A DNA stretch of 64,000 bases from Negaprion brevirostris (GCA_030324005.1 JARDVH010000097.1:12484478-12548477), one strand, 5' to 3'. Positions 1 through 12,588 are shown, numbered from the stretch's first letter. Notes: generated by a model not told the origin, from the sequence alone. Program-made: numbers and translations.

Positions 1-584
1 ATGAGGCAAGATTCCTTTCAAAAATGTGACTTCCATTATGTTTTGAACTGTGTTTAGTTTGTTTCCATGTGGTCTCATGCTGTGCCTATGTGGTAGTTCC
101 AGCAATGTTGAGAAAATATTATAGCATGTGGATGAACTTTATTGGCCTGTTTACACAGCTAGTAGCAACTGATTGACGAGATGAGAATGGTCTACATATT
201 ATATTTTAAAATAGGAATCTAAGGAGGGCATGGAAACTGCAGATGAGTTTGTTCCCAAAGGTTTATAATGATGTCTTTGGTGTGAGTTTGATCTGTAATT
301 TAAGATATTATTGCATTCTAGAAGGACTGATCTTATCTCAGTGAGTAAAGGATTGTGCACTGTGGTACATGGAGCAAGAAATTTAATCTTTACCCTGGCT
401 TCAGCAAGGACGTAACTAGATCTTTAGGATTGTTGATGACTTGCAGGGCAAAGGAATTTGGTTGCGGTTTCTAAATGTTGCTCAGCATGCTTTGTATCCT
501 TGCTGGGAAGGAGGATGTGCAGTTGGAAGGGAGAAATAAGATAGGACTGTCAGATGGGTTGGGACTTCCCTGTCTGGACTACAG

Positions 585-872
585 AGTCATAAAATCCTCA
601 CTGTGCAGAAGGTGGCCCTTTGGCCCATCGAGTCTGCACTGATTCTCTGACACAGCATTCCACCCAGGTCCTATTCCCGTAACCCCAGATATTTATCCTG
701 CTAATCCCCCTAACCTACACATCTTGGGACATTAAGAAGCAATTTAGCACGGCCAATCCATCCAATGGAAACTCGCATAGATGCTGAGAGAACGTGCAAG
801 TTCCACACAGTCACCCAAGGTCGGAATTTCAACCTAGATCCCTGGCGCTGTGCGGCAGCAGTGCTAACCGCT
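585..872 (-). mobile_element. HE1/V-SINE-like tRNA-derived SINE (CR1-like tail)
   Basis: Reverse complement of the recurrent family (GGTTAGCACTGCTGCC head, GATGGGCCAAAGGGCC...TGCACAGT tail). Confidence 0.8.
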
Positions 873-1620
873 GATTTGTAGCATAATCACTTTGGACAAG
901 GCCCCTAGAGAGTTTGTGCTTCACAGTGGGCTGCTGCTCTCAGAAGAGGAGAGCATGTGATCCTTTTAAATTCACCAAGCAGGTCTGCAAGTGAGTTACT
1001 GTTCCAAAGTAGACGGGCAAAAACTCATTCTATAGCTAATATTGTCTTTCAACTGGCTTGGCTTCAAAGGCAGCCTCTGATATTAAGATAAGGGCCAGTT
1101 TAGAATGTAAATGCTGAGAGTTTGGATCATTCGCTGCTTTTTAACCTTGTCATTGTCTCATTCATTTTACTGTGATGCAGTGTATTACTAGGCACATCAA
1201 AGGCTTGCTAGGAGAGCTTACCGGGAAGTTGTCTACTAATTTGTAAACATATTTAATCCTTTCTTTGCTAAGTGCTCCACTAGTATACAATCAAACAGAA
1301 TTTCTGGTGAATGTGCCCAATATTAATGCTTTCTTGGCTAAAATCTTGTTTTTGAAGAAGCTGTGCCACACAGGGAGCGAATGCACAGTAAGTCTTGATC
1401 CCTCCGTGCTCTTTGAAGAGATTAAAATATTTGGAACAAATCACAATTATGGCAACAACCAATCAGCAGTGCAAGTTAATAGGTCTGAACTATAAACAGT
1501 TCAAAAAGATGGAAGATTTGCGCAATTTCATGAAGTCTTTCAGTTGTCTGTTTACACTTGAACAAATTGGCAGGTGTTGTTGAACCATTGCCATGAGAAA
1601 GCTGGCCTACGGATCGCATG

Positions 1621-1900
1621 TGGTGGCACAGTGGTTAGCGCCGCTGGCTCACAGCACCAGGGACCCGGGTTCAGTTCCTGGCTTGGGTCACTGTCTGCGG
1701 ACTCTGCATTTCCCCTGAGTGGGTTTCCTCCGGGTGCTCAGGTTTCCTCCTACAGTCCGGAAGACGTGCGTGCTGGTGAGGTGCATTGACCATGCTAAAT
1801 CCTCCCTCAGGGGCCGGAGTGTGGTGACTAGGGGGTCTTCACAGTAGCTTCATTGCAGTGTTAATGTAAGCCTAACTTGTAACACTAATAAATAAACTTT
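1621..1900 (+). mobile_element. HE1/V-SINE-like SINE, tail type B
   Basis: Pol III A box TGGCACAGTGG and B box GGTTCAGTTCC. Tail CACAGTAGCTTCATTGCAGTGTTAATGTAAGCC...AATAAATAAAC. Confidence 0.8.
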
Positions 1901-2560
1901 AAAAAGATATCCCTATCTCTGAAAAGCCTGAAGATTCTTAAACAATGCCATGACCAACATTTACCATTCAATCAACACCATCCAAACTGATTTATCTGAC
2001 CATTTGTTTCATTGCTGACTGTGGGACATTATTGTCTGTAAGTTGACTTGTTGCATTTTTCTAAATTTACCACAGTGAGACAACTGGCCAGTGACGATGA
2101 CGACAAACTAAATACTTGAACACTTAATTTTTCTAATCCTCCAAGGCCTCGACCTTGCAGCAACTGTTTAGGTGTTGTTTAGTGGAATCAGTGGTTTTTA
2201 ACCTAATTGAATCACTTTTTTAAAAAAAAGGCTGGATCCAGCTGATCAAATGTTTTTTGCCGACATTGACAGTAATTTCAATTCAGAAAAGAATCCATTA
2301 ACTATCGTGCACTGTAGCGTAGTCTGAGTGTGGAAAAAGTTACAAAGAAAACAAAATAGCTTTTATTTTGGTGGTTTTATTTATAGATCATTTTTGTTCC
2401 ATCGTCCAAAGTGATTGGAGGGAAGAAGCCATAAGGAAGTGAAATGTTTATGAACAATAGTTATTTTATAATCGTGTGATAATCTTTAGGTTAACATTGT
2501 AAATTCCTGTGTCCGCTTGTAAACGTGTCACATTGTAGTTTCACCCTGGCTTGAATTTTT

Positions 2561-2706
2561 GGTAAGAAGTCTCACAACACCAGATTAAAGTCCAACAGGT
2601 TTATTTGGTAGCCTTTGGCTTTTTGCTACCAAATAAACCTGTTGGACTTTATCCTGGTGTTGTGAGACTGTGTTTACCCCAGTCCAACGCTGGCGTCTCC
2701 ACATCT
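2561..2706. mobile_element. Fold-back Penelope-like terminal-repeat element, centre deleted
   Basis: AGTCTCACAACACCAGATTAAAGTCCAACAGGTTTATTTGGTAGC is followed by its reverse complement GCTACCAAATAAACCTGTTGGACTTTATCCTGGTGTTGTGAGACT. Same family as 5185, 10960, 55769, 59007 and 63259. Confidence 0.65.
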
Positions 2707-3206
2707 TGAACTTCTGGCCCATTGGGCACCCTGCCCCCCCCCATTGCCATTACATGCTGACTGGCTCATTAATGGGCAGGCAATGTGAAATGCATTCTGT
2801 GAAGGGCTCTGCTTCTGGGGAGGGTGGGAAGAGAATGAGCACGGAGAAAAGAGAGGGTGCAGGCTGATGCTGCTAATGCGCTCCGTCAAGGGGGCAGCCA
2901 TTGCGGAGCGGGGAGCTGCAGATCTGTAACAAAATAATTCCCGAAGGAAAGAAGCTGAAGGCAGTACATTAAAGCACAAGGAGGTGATGGCCTGGTGATA
3001 CTATCACTAGACTCAGTTAATGTTCTGGGGACGCGGGTTCGAACCCTGTCACAGCAGATGCTGAAATTTGAATTCAATCAAAAAAAATCTGGGATTCAGA
3101 ATCTACNNNNNNNNNNNNNNNNNNNNNNNNNNNNNNNNNNNNNNNNNNNNNNNNNNNNNNNNNNNNNNNNNNNNNNNNNNNNNNNNNNNNNNNNNNNNNN
3201 NNNNNN

Positions 3207-3400
3207 CTCCCGCCTCGCGCGCTGCGGGGTGACGTCCTTCCGATACAGGGATTTCATTCATTTTTTTCGTTCCGGAGGATTTGGCGCCAGATTTCGGTGT
3301 GGATCAACAGCGGGCCGGAGGATGGGTCCGGAAAGAGAGGCTGGAAACGAGTCTGGACAGCAGGGTAATGGAGAGGGGACGGAGGGTTGCAGGGGATGAA
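3207..3400 (+). promoter_or_regulatory. CpG-rich segment, candidate internal LMO7 promoter/first exon
   Basis: High CpG density against a CpG-poor background, CRE-like TGACGTCC near 3230, and a donor-like CAGG|GTAATG at 3364/3365. The 5' side is lost in an N gap. Confidence 0.4.
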
Positions 3401-5184
3401 TGAATGCAGTGTCCAGCAGCTGTACACTGTGTGTTACTGATACATAGGATTGTATCGGAGTTGAGGATGCACCCTCTAGATTAATGGGCTTGCCAGATCC
3501 CGGGGGACAGGGTGCTAGACACAGGGCAGTGTCTGAGACCCAGGGCAGTGTGCCAGATCCAGCTGATGCACTGGCAGAAGTCCCTGCTGCAGGTCTATGT
3601 CCCGTGTCTCTGTCTTCCCCATCCAGCTGGTGTCTGCCACATGAGTGGGCAGCCAATCACTGGGAGTGTCTGCTTTCTTCGTGATATACTCTCTCGCACG
3701 GTCACTGTAAAGTCGATTCAACTTCAACTTCGCAGTTAGTCGCTGGCGAACACAGGAAGTTTGAGATATCACATGATTTAATTGCTTCCCTCCTCCCTGA
3801 CCTGGCAATGCAGTGACCCTTGTGTTTGTTGATGGCGCATCATTGGGTGAAACTCCTGGTGTCAGGGCGCAGCTGTCAAAAGGCGCTGCTTTATGTTTTA
3901 CTTTCCCTGTCCGCTCTTTTTCTAAAGCAAATTTCTCAAATGGCAATATTTCTGTGCAGCTGATTAATTTATAACATAAGTCTTACGATTGTATGTTTTA
4001 ATGATCACTCTTCAGTAAATTTCTATCAAAGTAATCCATTGTATTGAAAACGTGGTGGCTAATTTCAGGATAACCGCAGAACCGTAGACAAGTTGTCACT
4101 CTTGGGTAGAGTGAGTTGCCACCATTCTGATTGGTTTAATGATTTCAATGTAATCTGATTTATGCTTAAAGTGCTCCACATTTTTGCAGAAGTTTGAATT
4201 TTTCAGGGCTCTGTTGTAAATGCTCCTCTAGCAATAACGAATTGTCCTTCTCTGAGGATAATGGTGTATGGAGTGATTGAAGAGATTGAATTCTCAGTGT
4301 CCGCCTCTTGTAGTGAACATTGTGTTCTCATTTAACATCTTGCTTTTGCATGTATAGTCACATTAACTTTTCCCAATATAATTCTTTGAATACTGCTCCA
4401 AAGAGACACATTACCAAAGCTTTTTGTCTTTCACTCATCAGGACAAACACAAGAATACCAAGTTCTAAGCAGTCACACAGCTGAAAAGGGTGTTGATTGG
4501 TTGGCAGATTGACTCTGGCTGATGCAGCATGTTTTTTTGAGCTGATAGCAGCATTCTGTTGGTGGTAAATGCCATTCACATGGCCATTGCTGAGATGATT
4601 GGTTTCCAACAACCATGACCATCTTCCTTTGTGCTAGACATGACTCCAAGCAATAGGGAGTTCCCCCTGATTCACATTGACCTCAAATTTTCTTTGGCGT
4701 CCCTTGATGTCATACTTGCTCACATGCTGCCTTGATGGCATGGACAGTCACTCTCGCCTTACCTCTGCAATTCAATTCCTTCATCCGTGTTTGGACCGAG
4801 GCTGTAATGAGGCCTGGAGCCAAGTAACCCTGGCAGAACACAACCTGAGCACAACAGTGAGTTGCTGTGTAGGTGCTGTTTGATAGTTCTGTCAACAATA
4901 CTTCTATCACTTTGGTTGAGAGTGGACTGATGATAATTGAACTGGAGTCTGTTTGGTCCATTTCAACTGGTCAGTTTTAAGTCAAAAATAAACTGGTTGG
5001 ATTTATTTTGCTTTATATGGACAAATGTACCTGGATAATTTTCCATGTTGACACATGTTGTCGCCCTACTGGAAAAGGTTAGCTAAAGGTCCAGTTAGTT
5101 CTGTAATACAAGTCTGCAATGCTAAACCACGATGCCATAGGTGCCCATGGCCTTTACTATGAGAAAGTTCTGATCAGAACTTTC

Positions 5185-5317
5185 CACTTGCCTGATGAAG
5201 GAACAGCGTTTCCGAAAGCTTGTGGGTTTACTATCAAATAACCTGGTTGGACTTTAACGTGGTGTTGTGAGACTTCCTACTGTGTTTACCCCAGTCCAAC
5301 GCCGGCATCTCCGCATC
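5185..5317 (+). mobile_element. Penelope-like terminal repeat with hammerhead-like core
   Basis: CTGATGA-AGGAAC-AGC-GTTTCC-GAAA-GCTT followed by the family tail GTTGGACTTTAACGTGGTGTTGTGAGACTT...CCCCAGTCCAACGCCGGCATCTCC. Confidence 0.65.
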
Positions 5318-5967
5318 TGGTATGATGTTGACAGCAGTGTGTCACACTTACAAAGACCAGTTTCTGTTATAAGTGTGAACACGAGTGTTTTACATTGGAA
5401 CACGTTTGCAGGTTTTCAGTTTATTAATGTCAGCAGTTGATTTCAACATCAATTGAAAACACAGCTGACTGATCTCAGGGAAAACTGAATTACCCAAGGT
5501 TTCTGGAAATGTAAAGGATGTGAGGAATATTTTACATTGCGGCCCCAGCCGTAATTACAACAATAAACCACGTGCTGGTTTTGGCAGCATCATATTGAAA
5601 ACCAGGGTAACGTTGTGCTTTGGTATGTTTTTATTTTAATCACTATGTAGCTGACATTAATATCTGCTGCTTTTTGGCAGATTTTTCAAATATTAGGCAC
5701 TATAAAGATTTAATGTGAATGTATCACCAACAACCTAGTTGCTTCTCACAATTGATCAAAAATACCTGTAAAGTTGAAGTTGTAGTTATTGTAGACCGTG
5801 AATAGTATTTTATACAGAGTGAATGTGTTAAATGGGGCAAACTGATAAAATTTTATACGTTTGGGGAATTCTTTATGTAAAACAAAGAGCCAGAACTTCT
5901 GAGGACTGATGATCCCAATTGGTTTGCCATTCTGCTCTGGAGTCGGAGGGCGGGGTGGGGGTCATTT

Positions 5968-6252
5968 GGGGTGGCACAGCCGTCTGACAGTGCCAGGGAC
6001 CTGGGTTCAATTCCCGGCTTGGGCCATTGTCTGTGTGGACTCTGCACGTTCTCCCCGTGTCTGCTTGGGTTTCCTCTGGGTGCTCCAGGTTTCCTCCCGC
6101 AGTCTGAAAGACGTGCTGGTTAGGTGCATTGCCATGCTAAACTCTCCCTCAGTGTACCCGAACAGGCGCTGGAGCGTGGCGACTAGGGGATTTTCACAGT
6201 AACTTCACTGCAGAGTTAATGTAAGCCTACGTGTGTCACAAATAATAACTAA
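5968..6252 (+). mobile_element. HE1/V-SINE-like SINE, tail type B
   Basis: tRNA-like head, central CTCCCCGTGTCTGC/GGGTTTCCTC domain, type B tail. Confidence 0.8.
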
Positions 6253-7354
6253 AGTCAAAAGGGGTTTTAATTCTAACTTCTCCTGGCTAACTATTCTGCT
6301 AAGAGAGTCAGAATCATTCCAAGTCTCCACTATAAATTGGAGTATCAGATGGTTCCGAGTGCAGAGTAATTGCCCATCGGAGGTTTGAACTTTCTAGACC
6401 ATTCCTCTGCTGTCGTTGCATTGGGACTTCAGGAAGAGGGGGAAGTGGTGGTGGGGGGAAGGCGGGAAGAGTATCTTCCGAGGTATGATTCCTGGGGAAC
6501 AGAAGTTCTGGGCATTAATAACCTCCCTCAGTATAACTACGTATCAAGGGTTGCTGTTGTCAATTCTGTTTGTAGTTTGTATAACGTTTGGACCAAATGA
6601 AAGCTCCAAAATTTTTTTTATTCGTTTGTCGGACAAGGACGTCACTGGTTGGCCAACATTTACTGTTGAGTGATGTTCTGCTGTTTCTATTTTTAATTAA
6701 AGCCCTGTAGATTCTGAGTGGTAAGGACTTTCTAACACTTTTTTTTTTGAACAAGGTTGAATAATTGGTCGAATTGTCCAGCAAACATCTGTTGTGTAGC
6801 GACTGGGATTGGCTTTGGATTACTCCTTAGTAAATCTTTCTTATGATATTCCTTCCAAGCCTGAACAAGTTTGTTTTTGTTTGTAGACTGCAAAGTAGTA
6901 ACGTGGCTCAGAATTGTCCCAGCTCATGTTTGTGCTTGAAGCAGAGCAATGATTGAGTGGCTAGCCAGACTACAGTCTGGTTTGTTTGTCGCAATAAGGG
7001 CCCGAACTGTGAATTTTCACTTAGTAAATGATTTGATAATTTCATCTGACGTTTACTTTGGAGACACTGCTTTGTTCAGCTAATTAAAATCCATGTTTAT
7101 ATGAAGCAGTCTCAAATGTAGTTGTCAAGTATTAAATGATTGTTATTAAACCTGTTATTAAGTGTATTAGTCTTCAGTGCCCTGGAAGCAAAGTGTTTTG
7201 TAATGGGCTGCACTGGACGATGCATTCACTGCTTTGAAGAAATTACTTTCTTTAAATTTTGCTCTTGAAATATAGGCATCATAAATGAAGACAAAGCAAC
7301 ACACTTGATTGACACCCCATCAACCATGTTAAATATTAATTTTCTCCCCCACAT

Positions 7355-7665
7355 GAGGCAGCCTCGTTTGCCAAATACAGGATTTACAGATTCTTCAGCA
7401 CCACTTCCAAACCCATGACCTCTACCATCGGGAAGGATGGGGGCAGCAGACACCTGGGATTGCCGACGCCTGCACGTTCCCCTCCAAGCCACACGCCACC
7501 TTGACTTGGGAATGTATTGCCGTTCCTTCACTGTCACAGGGTCAAAATCCTGGAATTCCCTTCCTAAAGCACTGTGGGTGTATCTACACCACATGGCCTG
7601 CTGCGGTCCAAGAAGGCGGCTCACCACCATCCTTCTCAAGGGCAATTAGGAATGGACAATGATAA
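7355..7665 (+). mobile_element. CR1-like LINE 3' end
   Basis: CGTTCCTTCACTGTCACAGGGTCAAAATCCTGGAATTCCCTTCCTAA...AAGAAGGCGGCTCACCACCATCCTTCTCAAGGGCAATTAGG. A - strand relative lies at ~50775-50920. Confidence 0.65.
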
Positions 7666-7837
7666 ACAATTAGCAATTACTTGCAATAGGGTTTTTTTTT
7701 TACAATTTAAGTGATGTATATAAAAAAAAAAAATCGAGTCTTAATATAGATGGAATTGTGTGCTATACTTGCTGATTCCGACTCACGTATTAACAGTGAG
7801 CTGAGTGCATTGATGTTCTAAGACCTGTGGCACAGTG

Positions 7838-7972
7838 GTCAGGATTCTCTGGTCTCGTTCATCTTGCCACCGCTGCCAGCGAGACTGGAGAATTTGGCGC
7901 TTGACCGAAACTCCATTCTTTGCAGCGGGACTGGAGAATCCCAACCACTGGCGAGATTGGAGAATTCTGGCC
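7838..7972. mobile_element. Short palindromic MITE-like element
   Basis: Termini GGTCAGGATTCTC...GAGAATTCTGGCC. A reverse copy lies at ~16771-16907, with relatives at ~38365-38441, ~20481-20604 and ~41653-41762. Confidence 0.6.
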
Positions 7973-8359
7973 AAGATATCATCTTTGGAGTCTTCACGTG
8001 TGGAAAGATTGTCCTCATCTGATCACTACTTCCATCTGATTTTGATATGGTTACTAAAGATTCCACTGCAATGAAATTGCAATGCTGGAAAGAGCATTTA
8101 TTTAAAGTTAAATGGCTCACTGGGCAGCTTCCCCTCTTACCTGTCCCAGCCTGTACAGTCTTCTACAAAAGCTTCTCCTTCCTTCCGTATGGCCTCTGCC
8201 TCCATCCTTGGTTTTTCTCTAAGTTGTCATTCATTGGTATGATCTTACGCTTCTGTGCTGATCCACTTCTTGCTACCACTCCTTGATCACCAGTCTAAGC
8301 ATCTGACCCCTTAATCAACATCATATCCTAGGTTAGTAATAACTTCCTTCAATCCTTCA

Positions 8360-8670
8360 GGGTGGCACAGTGGTTAGCACTGCTGCCTCTTGGTGCAAGG
8401 GACATGGGTTCAATTCCCAGGTTGAGTCACTGTCTGTGCGGAGTTTACACATTGTCCCTGTGTCCCTGTGGGTTTCCTCCAGGTGCTCCGGTTTCCTACC
8501 ATAGTCCAAAAATGTGTGGGTTAGGTGGATTGGCCATGCTGAATTGTGTTAGGGGGACCAGCTAGGGTAAATGCATAGGGTTATGGGAATGGGCCTGGAT
8601 GGAATTGTGGTTAGTGCAGACTCGATGGGCTGAATAGCCTCCTTCTGCATTGTAGGATTCTATGATTCTT
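8360..8670 (+). mobile_element. HE1/V-SINE-like SINE, tail type A (CR1-like)
   Basis: Full head, central domain, tail GATGGGCTGAATAGCCTCCTTCTGCATTGTAGGATTCTATGATTC. Confidence 0.85.
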
Positions 8671-9706
8671 GCTCAACATGAACAGGATTAAAGCTGTCTC
8701 ATTCAGTTTCCACAGAATGCCTCTGAATTTTAGCCCTGGATGCACAGGTTGACAGAACTGACCCTTCATTGACTTCTTATCCATGGGTACAAGTACTCAT
8801 GTCTTCCTTCCATGCCAGTTTCAAGCATTTATCATCTACTCTTTAAAATGTGCCTTTATTTGTATCTTTCCCTTTACTGGACTTTTAGCTGCCTAAGCCT
8901 CATATTTTAGAACACACTTCTGCCTTGTTACCCTTCCATTAAACCCATCCACCCTGACCCTTTTTGATCTTGTCGTTGGCCACCACCTTTTTTTTTACAA
9001 TATCCTGATGAAGCATACCTTAGTGAAGCACTTGTGATGTTTTAGTATCTTAAAGGAGTTTTAAAGATGCTTGTGTGTTTGAAATGTTGTCTCAATTGAC
9101 TTAAAGGATCAAAGTGCTCGATTTGATCGAATTAGTTGCATCACTCCTCGCAGGATTGTGAAAATGTGGTCAATTCTTCTGAACATTATGATCTAATTAG
9201 ATATTAGTTAAGTATCACTAAGTATCATTAATTTGGTCTAAGAACACTTGTGTACAATGATTTTTCTTTATTCATCGGGTATGGACGTCATTGGCTGTGC
9301 CACTATTTATTGCCCATTCTTCATTTGTCCTTGACTTGCTAGGCCAATTCATTTCAGAGATCAGCCACATTGCCGAGGATCTGGAGTCACATATGGGCCA
9401 AATAGTAGCTTTGCTTCCTTAAAGGACATTCATGTCGATAACAATTCTAATCATAGAATTCCTACAGTGCAGAAAGAGGCCAGCCAGCCCATCGAGTCTG
9501 CACTGACCACAATCCCACCCAGCCCCTTATCCCTCTAACCCCGTGTGTCTACCCTGCTAGTCTCCCTGAAACTAAGGAGCAGTTTCTCATGGCCAGTCAA
9601 CCTAACCCGCACATCTTTGGAGTGACAATGATGATGGTTTCATGGTCACTTCTATTACATTCAAATTTCACCATCAGCTGCAGTGGGATTCGAGCCCTGG
9701 TCCCCA

Positions 9707-10800
9707 GATTTTCCAGAAATGGTTTTCTCTTATCAGTGTGAAAACAGTTTCTAAACGTGCATGCCTGCTTGAAGCCAGAGTAACTCTTTTTTTTAAAATA
9801 GTTATGTTGTCACAGAAAGTCACGAGTGACCCCTTCCCTTGTTGCTGCTCTGTTTGACGAATTTAATATGACCGCATACAACTGTCAACATAATTGGAAC
9901 ACGTGGCAGATATTGCGAGTGACAAAACTACTATGCCACCGGCTCCCTGGAATTAGCAGAAATGATCGCGCACCCAAAGCATTTAAAAGCAGGTGCCTGA
10001 GATAGCAACAGTTCAAAATCTTGGTAGTAGAAAGGTTTAACCCTTCAACGCATGAAGAAAATGTTGGAAGAAACAATCTTCCACAAAGAATTGTAGGAAG
10101 ATAAGCCAATTTGAATTTGGGGGGGTGCAGCGGTTGGCACTACTACCTCTCAGTGCCAGGCACCCGGTTCAATTCCAGCCTCAGCTGACTGTCTGCGTGG
10201 AGCTTGCACGTTCTCCCCATGTCTGCGTGGGTTTCCCCTGGGTTCCTCCCACAATCCAAAGATGTGTGGGTTAGGTTGATTGGCCCTTGGTGTCAGGCAG
10301 ACTAGCAGGGTAAATACAGGCGGTTACAGGGATAGGGCCTGGGTGGGATTGTGGTTGGTGCAGACTTGATGGCCCAAATGGCCGCCTCCTGCACTGTAGG
10401 AATTCAGTGAAAATGTTAATTTGATATTCACCCAAGTGCTTTCTCTCTTTCTCGAGCCTTTTCTGCCGGGGAGTTGCTCACCCATTCTGGACCCACCCAT
10501 ATATTTGCATGCATTGGATTTTTACATATTTGCAATGCGCATTGCAGTTTAATGATTAAAAGAAAAAGTTTTTGTCTGTAAATCTAAATTACGTGGCAAC
10601 ATCTGCTACATGTTCCAAGTATGTTGACAGTTGTATGCGGTCATATTAAATTCGTCAAACAGCAGCAACGAGAGAAGTGTTCGCTTGTGACTTTCTGTGA
10701 CAACATAAACACTAAAAAAAAGCGTACTCTAGCTTCAAGCAGGCACGCACGCTTAGGAACTGTTTTCACATTGATAAGAGAAAACCGTTCCTGAAAAATC
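9707..10800. repeat. Long inverted repeat (arms ~9707-9916 and ~10596-10800)
   Basis: For example GTTTGACGAATTTAATATGACCGCATACAACTGTCAACATA versus TATGTTGACAGTTGTATGCGGTCATATTAAATTCGTCAAAC. ORFs 9642(+) and 10641(-) translate to near-identical peptides. Confidence 0.9.
10122..10410 (+). mobile_element. HE1/V-SINE-like SINE, type A, inside the inverted-repeat spacer
   Basis: Same head, centre and tail as the 8360 copy. Confidence 0.8.
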
Positions 10801-10957
10801 AAAAATTTGTAACGAATATCTACATTAAACAAGTGCATTCTCTGAATTGTATGACAAGCAAATGCCCAAAATTTGAAAACGTCACACAATCCAAATTACT
10901 CATGATTTCTGAAAATTGTTAGCCACAAATTAATATCTAATATTTGTATTGGAGAGT

Positions 10958-11106
10958 TTTATTTGGAATTGCAAGCTTTCGGAGCACTTCTCATTCATCA
11001 GGTGAGTCACTCGGGCGATTGCAAATAAACCTGTTGGACTTTAACCTGGTGTTGTGAGACTTCTTACTCTGCCCCACCCCAGTCCAATGCTGGCATTGCC
11101 ACGTCA
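10958..11106. mobile_element. Fold-back Penelope-like element with hammerhead-like core on the - strand (10971-11004)
   Basis: Reverse complement reads CACCTGATGAATGAGAAGTGCTCCGAAAGCTT. The + strand family tail AAATAAACCTGTTGGACTTTAACCTGGTGTTGTGAGACTTCTTAC follows. Confidence 0.65.
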
Positions 11107-11767
11107 CTTGTATTGATACCACCTGAAATCACAATCTAATGTCCTAAATGTTGAACCTGGTACAGGTTTGATGGTGTGGTTCCTGAAGTAGAAATTTATT
11201 TTGCAGTGAAATACATTTTCTAGCTTCCTATCAGGAGAGACCTTCCTTTGATCAGACATTTAGTACCAAGAGATTCTCAATATACCAAATGAATGAGTTG
11301 AAGATATATAAACAGAAACATCTGTTCACCTGTAGCAGCCAAATCGAGCACCACTCCAAACGATGGTGCGAATGGCTTGCCCATCGTCCCACGTGGACCA
11401 ACTAGCTTGGGTAGACACATTCCCCTTCCTGGTCTGCGCAGGCTAACCATCCAAAACTGATCCAATTTTCCACCAGCTGGTAAGTTGTGTCAGGGAGCAC
11501 AGATAAATTGCAATTAATTGGATTGTTTTCTTTGGGTCCGGAAGAAACTCTATCTGTCTTTCATCAAAACATGCTGAAGCCAACCTGTGGCCCTTAACAT
11601 TGGTATTGGTACCTGAATTGGAAATAAAGATGCTAATATTCCTCATTCCTTGAATGCAAAAGTAAATCATTAAAATAAAACTTATTGTAAATTGCATAGA
11701 AGCTAAAAAAAAATTGGACAAATGTTCAAATGTCAGTAGGATCGTAGAATCCCTTCTGAACGGTGCA

Positions 11768-12083
11768 TGGGGGCACAGTGGTTCGTACAGCTGTCTCACA
11801 GCTCTAGGGATCCAGGTTCGATTCCTGGCTTGGGTCGCTGTGTGGAGTTTGCACATTTTCCCTGTGTCCATGTGGGTTTCCAGCAGGTGCTGTAGTTTCT
11901 TCCCACAGTCCAAAGATGTGCAGGCTACATTGATAGGTCTTGCTAAATTTGCCCTTAATGTCAGGGGGACTAACTAGAGCAAATGCGTCGGGTTATGGGG
12001 ATGGGCCCTGACTGAGATTGTAGCTGATGCAGACTCAATGGGCCAAATGGCCTCCTTTTGCACTGGAGGATTCTGTGATTCTA
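11768..12083 (+). mobile_element. HE1/V-SINE-like SINE, type A
   Basis: Same family. It interrupts an older - strand SINE tail (11743-11760 / 12084-12255). Confidence 0.8.
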
Positions 12084-12588
12084 TAAGAGCCATTCGACCC
12101 TTTGAGTCTGCACTCTGATGGAGTATCTTACCTAGGTCCTCTCCCCAGCCCTATCCCCACATTATTACCATGGCTTATCCATTTAGTCTATACATCTTAG
12201 GTCACTAAGGAGCAGTTTAGCATGGCTAGTCCATCTAACCTGCACATGTTTGGACATAATCCAACATTTAATTCTATGGGCAGGAATTTCTGTTGCTCCA
12301 ACTATTTTTGAGGATGGCACATTTTGGAGTCTTGGGCCCACCAGTAGCATTTTTTTCCTCTTTTTAAGTGTGTTTCCTTTCCTTTCCAGCCACACTAACG
12401 CTGTTGCCAGATTTCACCTAGGCCTTTTCTGCCTTCTGATTCCAATTTCTTTGCTGCATTACCTTCTGTCCGGATACAATGGAATCTATCTGCAGGTGNN
12501 NNNNNNNNNNNNNNNNNNNNNNNNNNNNNNNNNNNNNNNNNNNNNNNNNNNNNNNNNNNNNNNNNNNNNNNNNNNNNNNNNNNNNNNN

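Noticed and set aside
1265-1495. ORF with NINAFL, reminiscent of the LMO7 CH-domain DNINVFLKAC
   Set aside because: No downstream LFHPGDLQDL motif and no fitting splice sites; likely coincidental.
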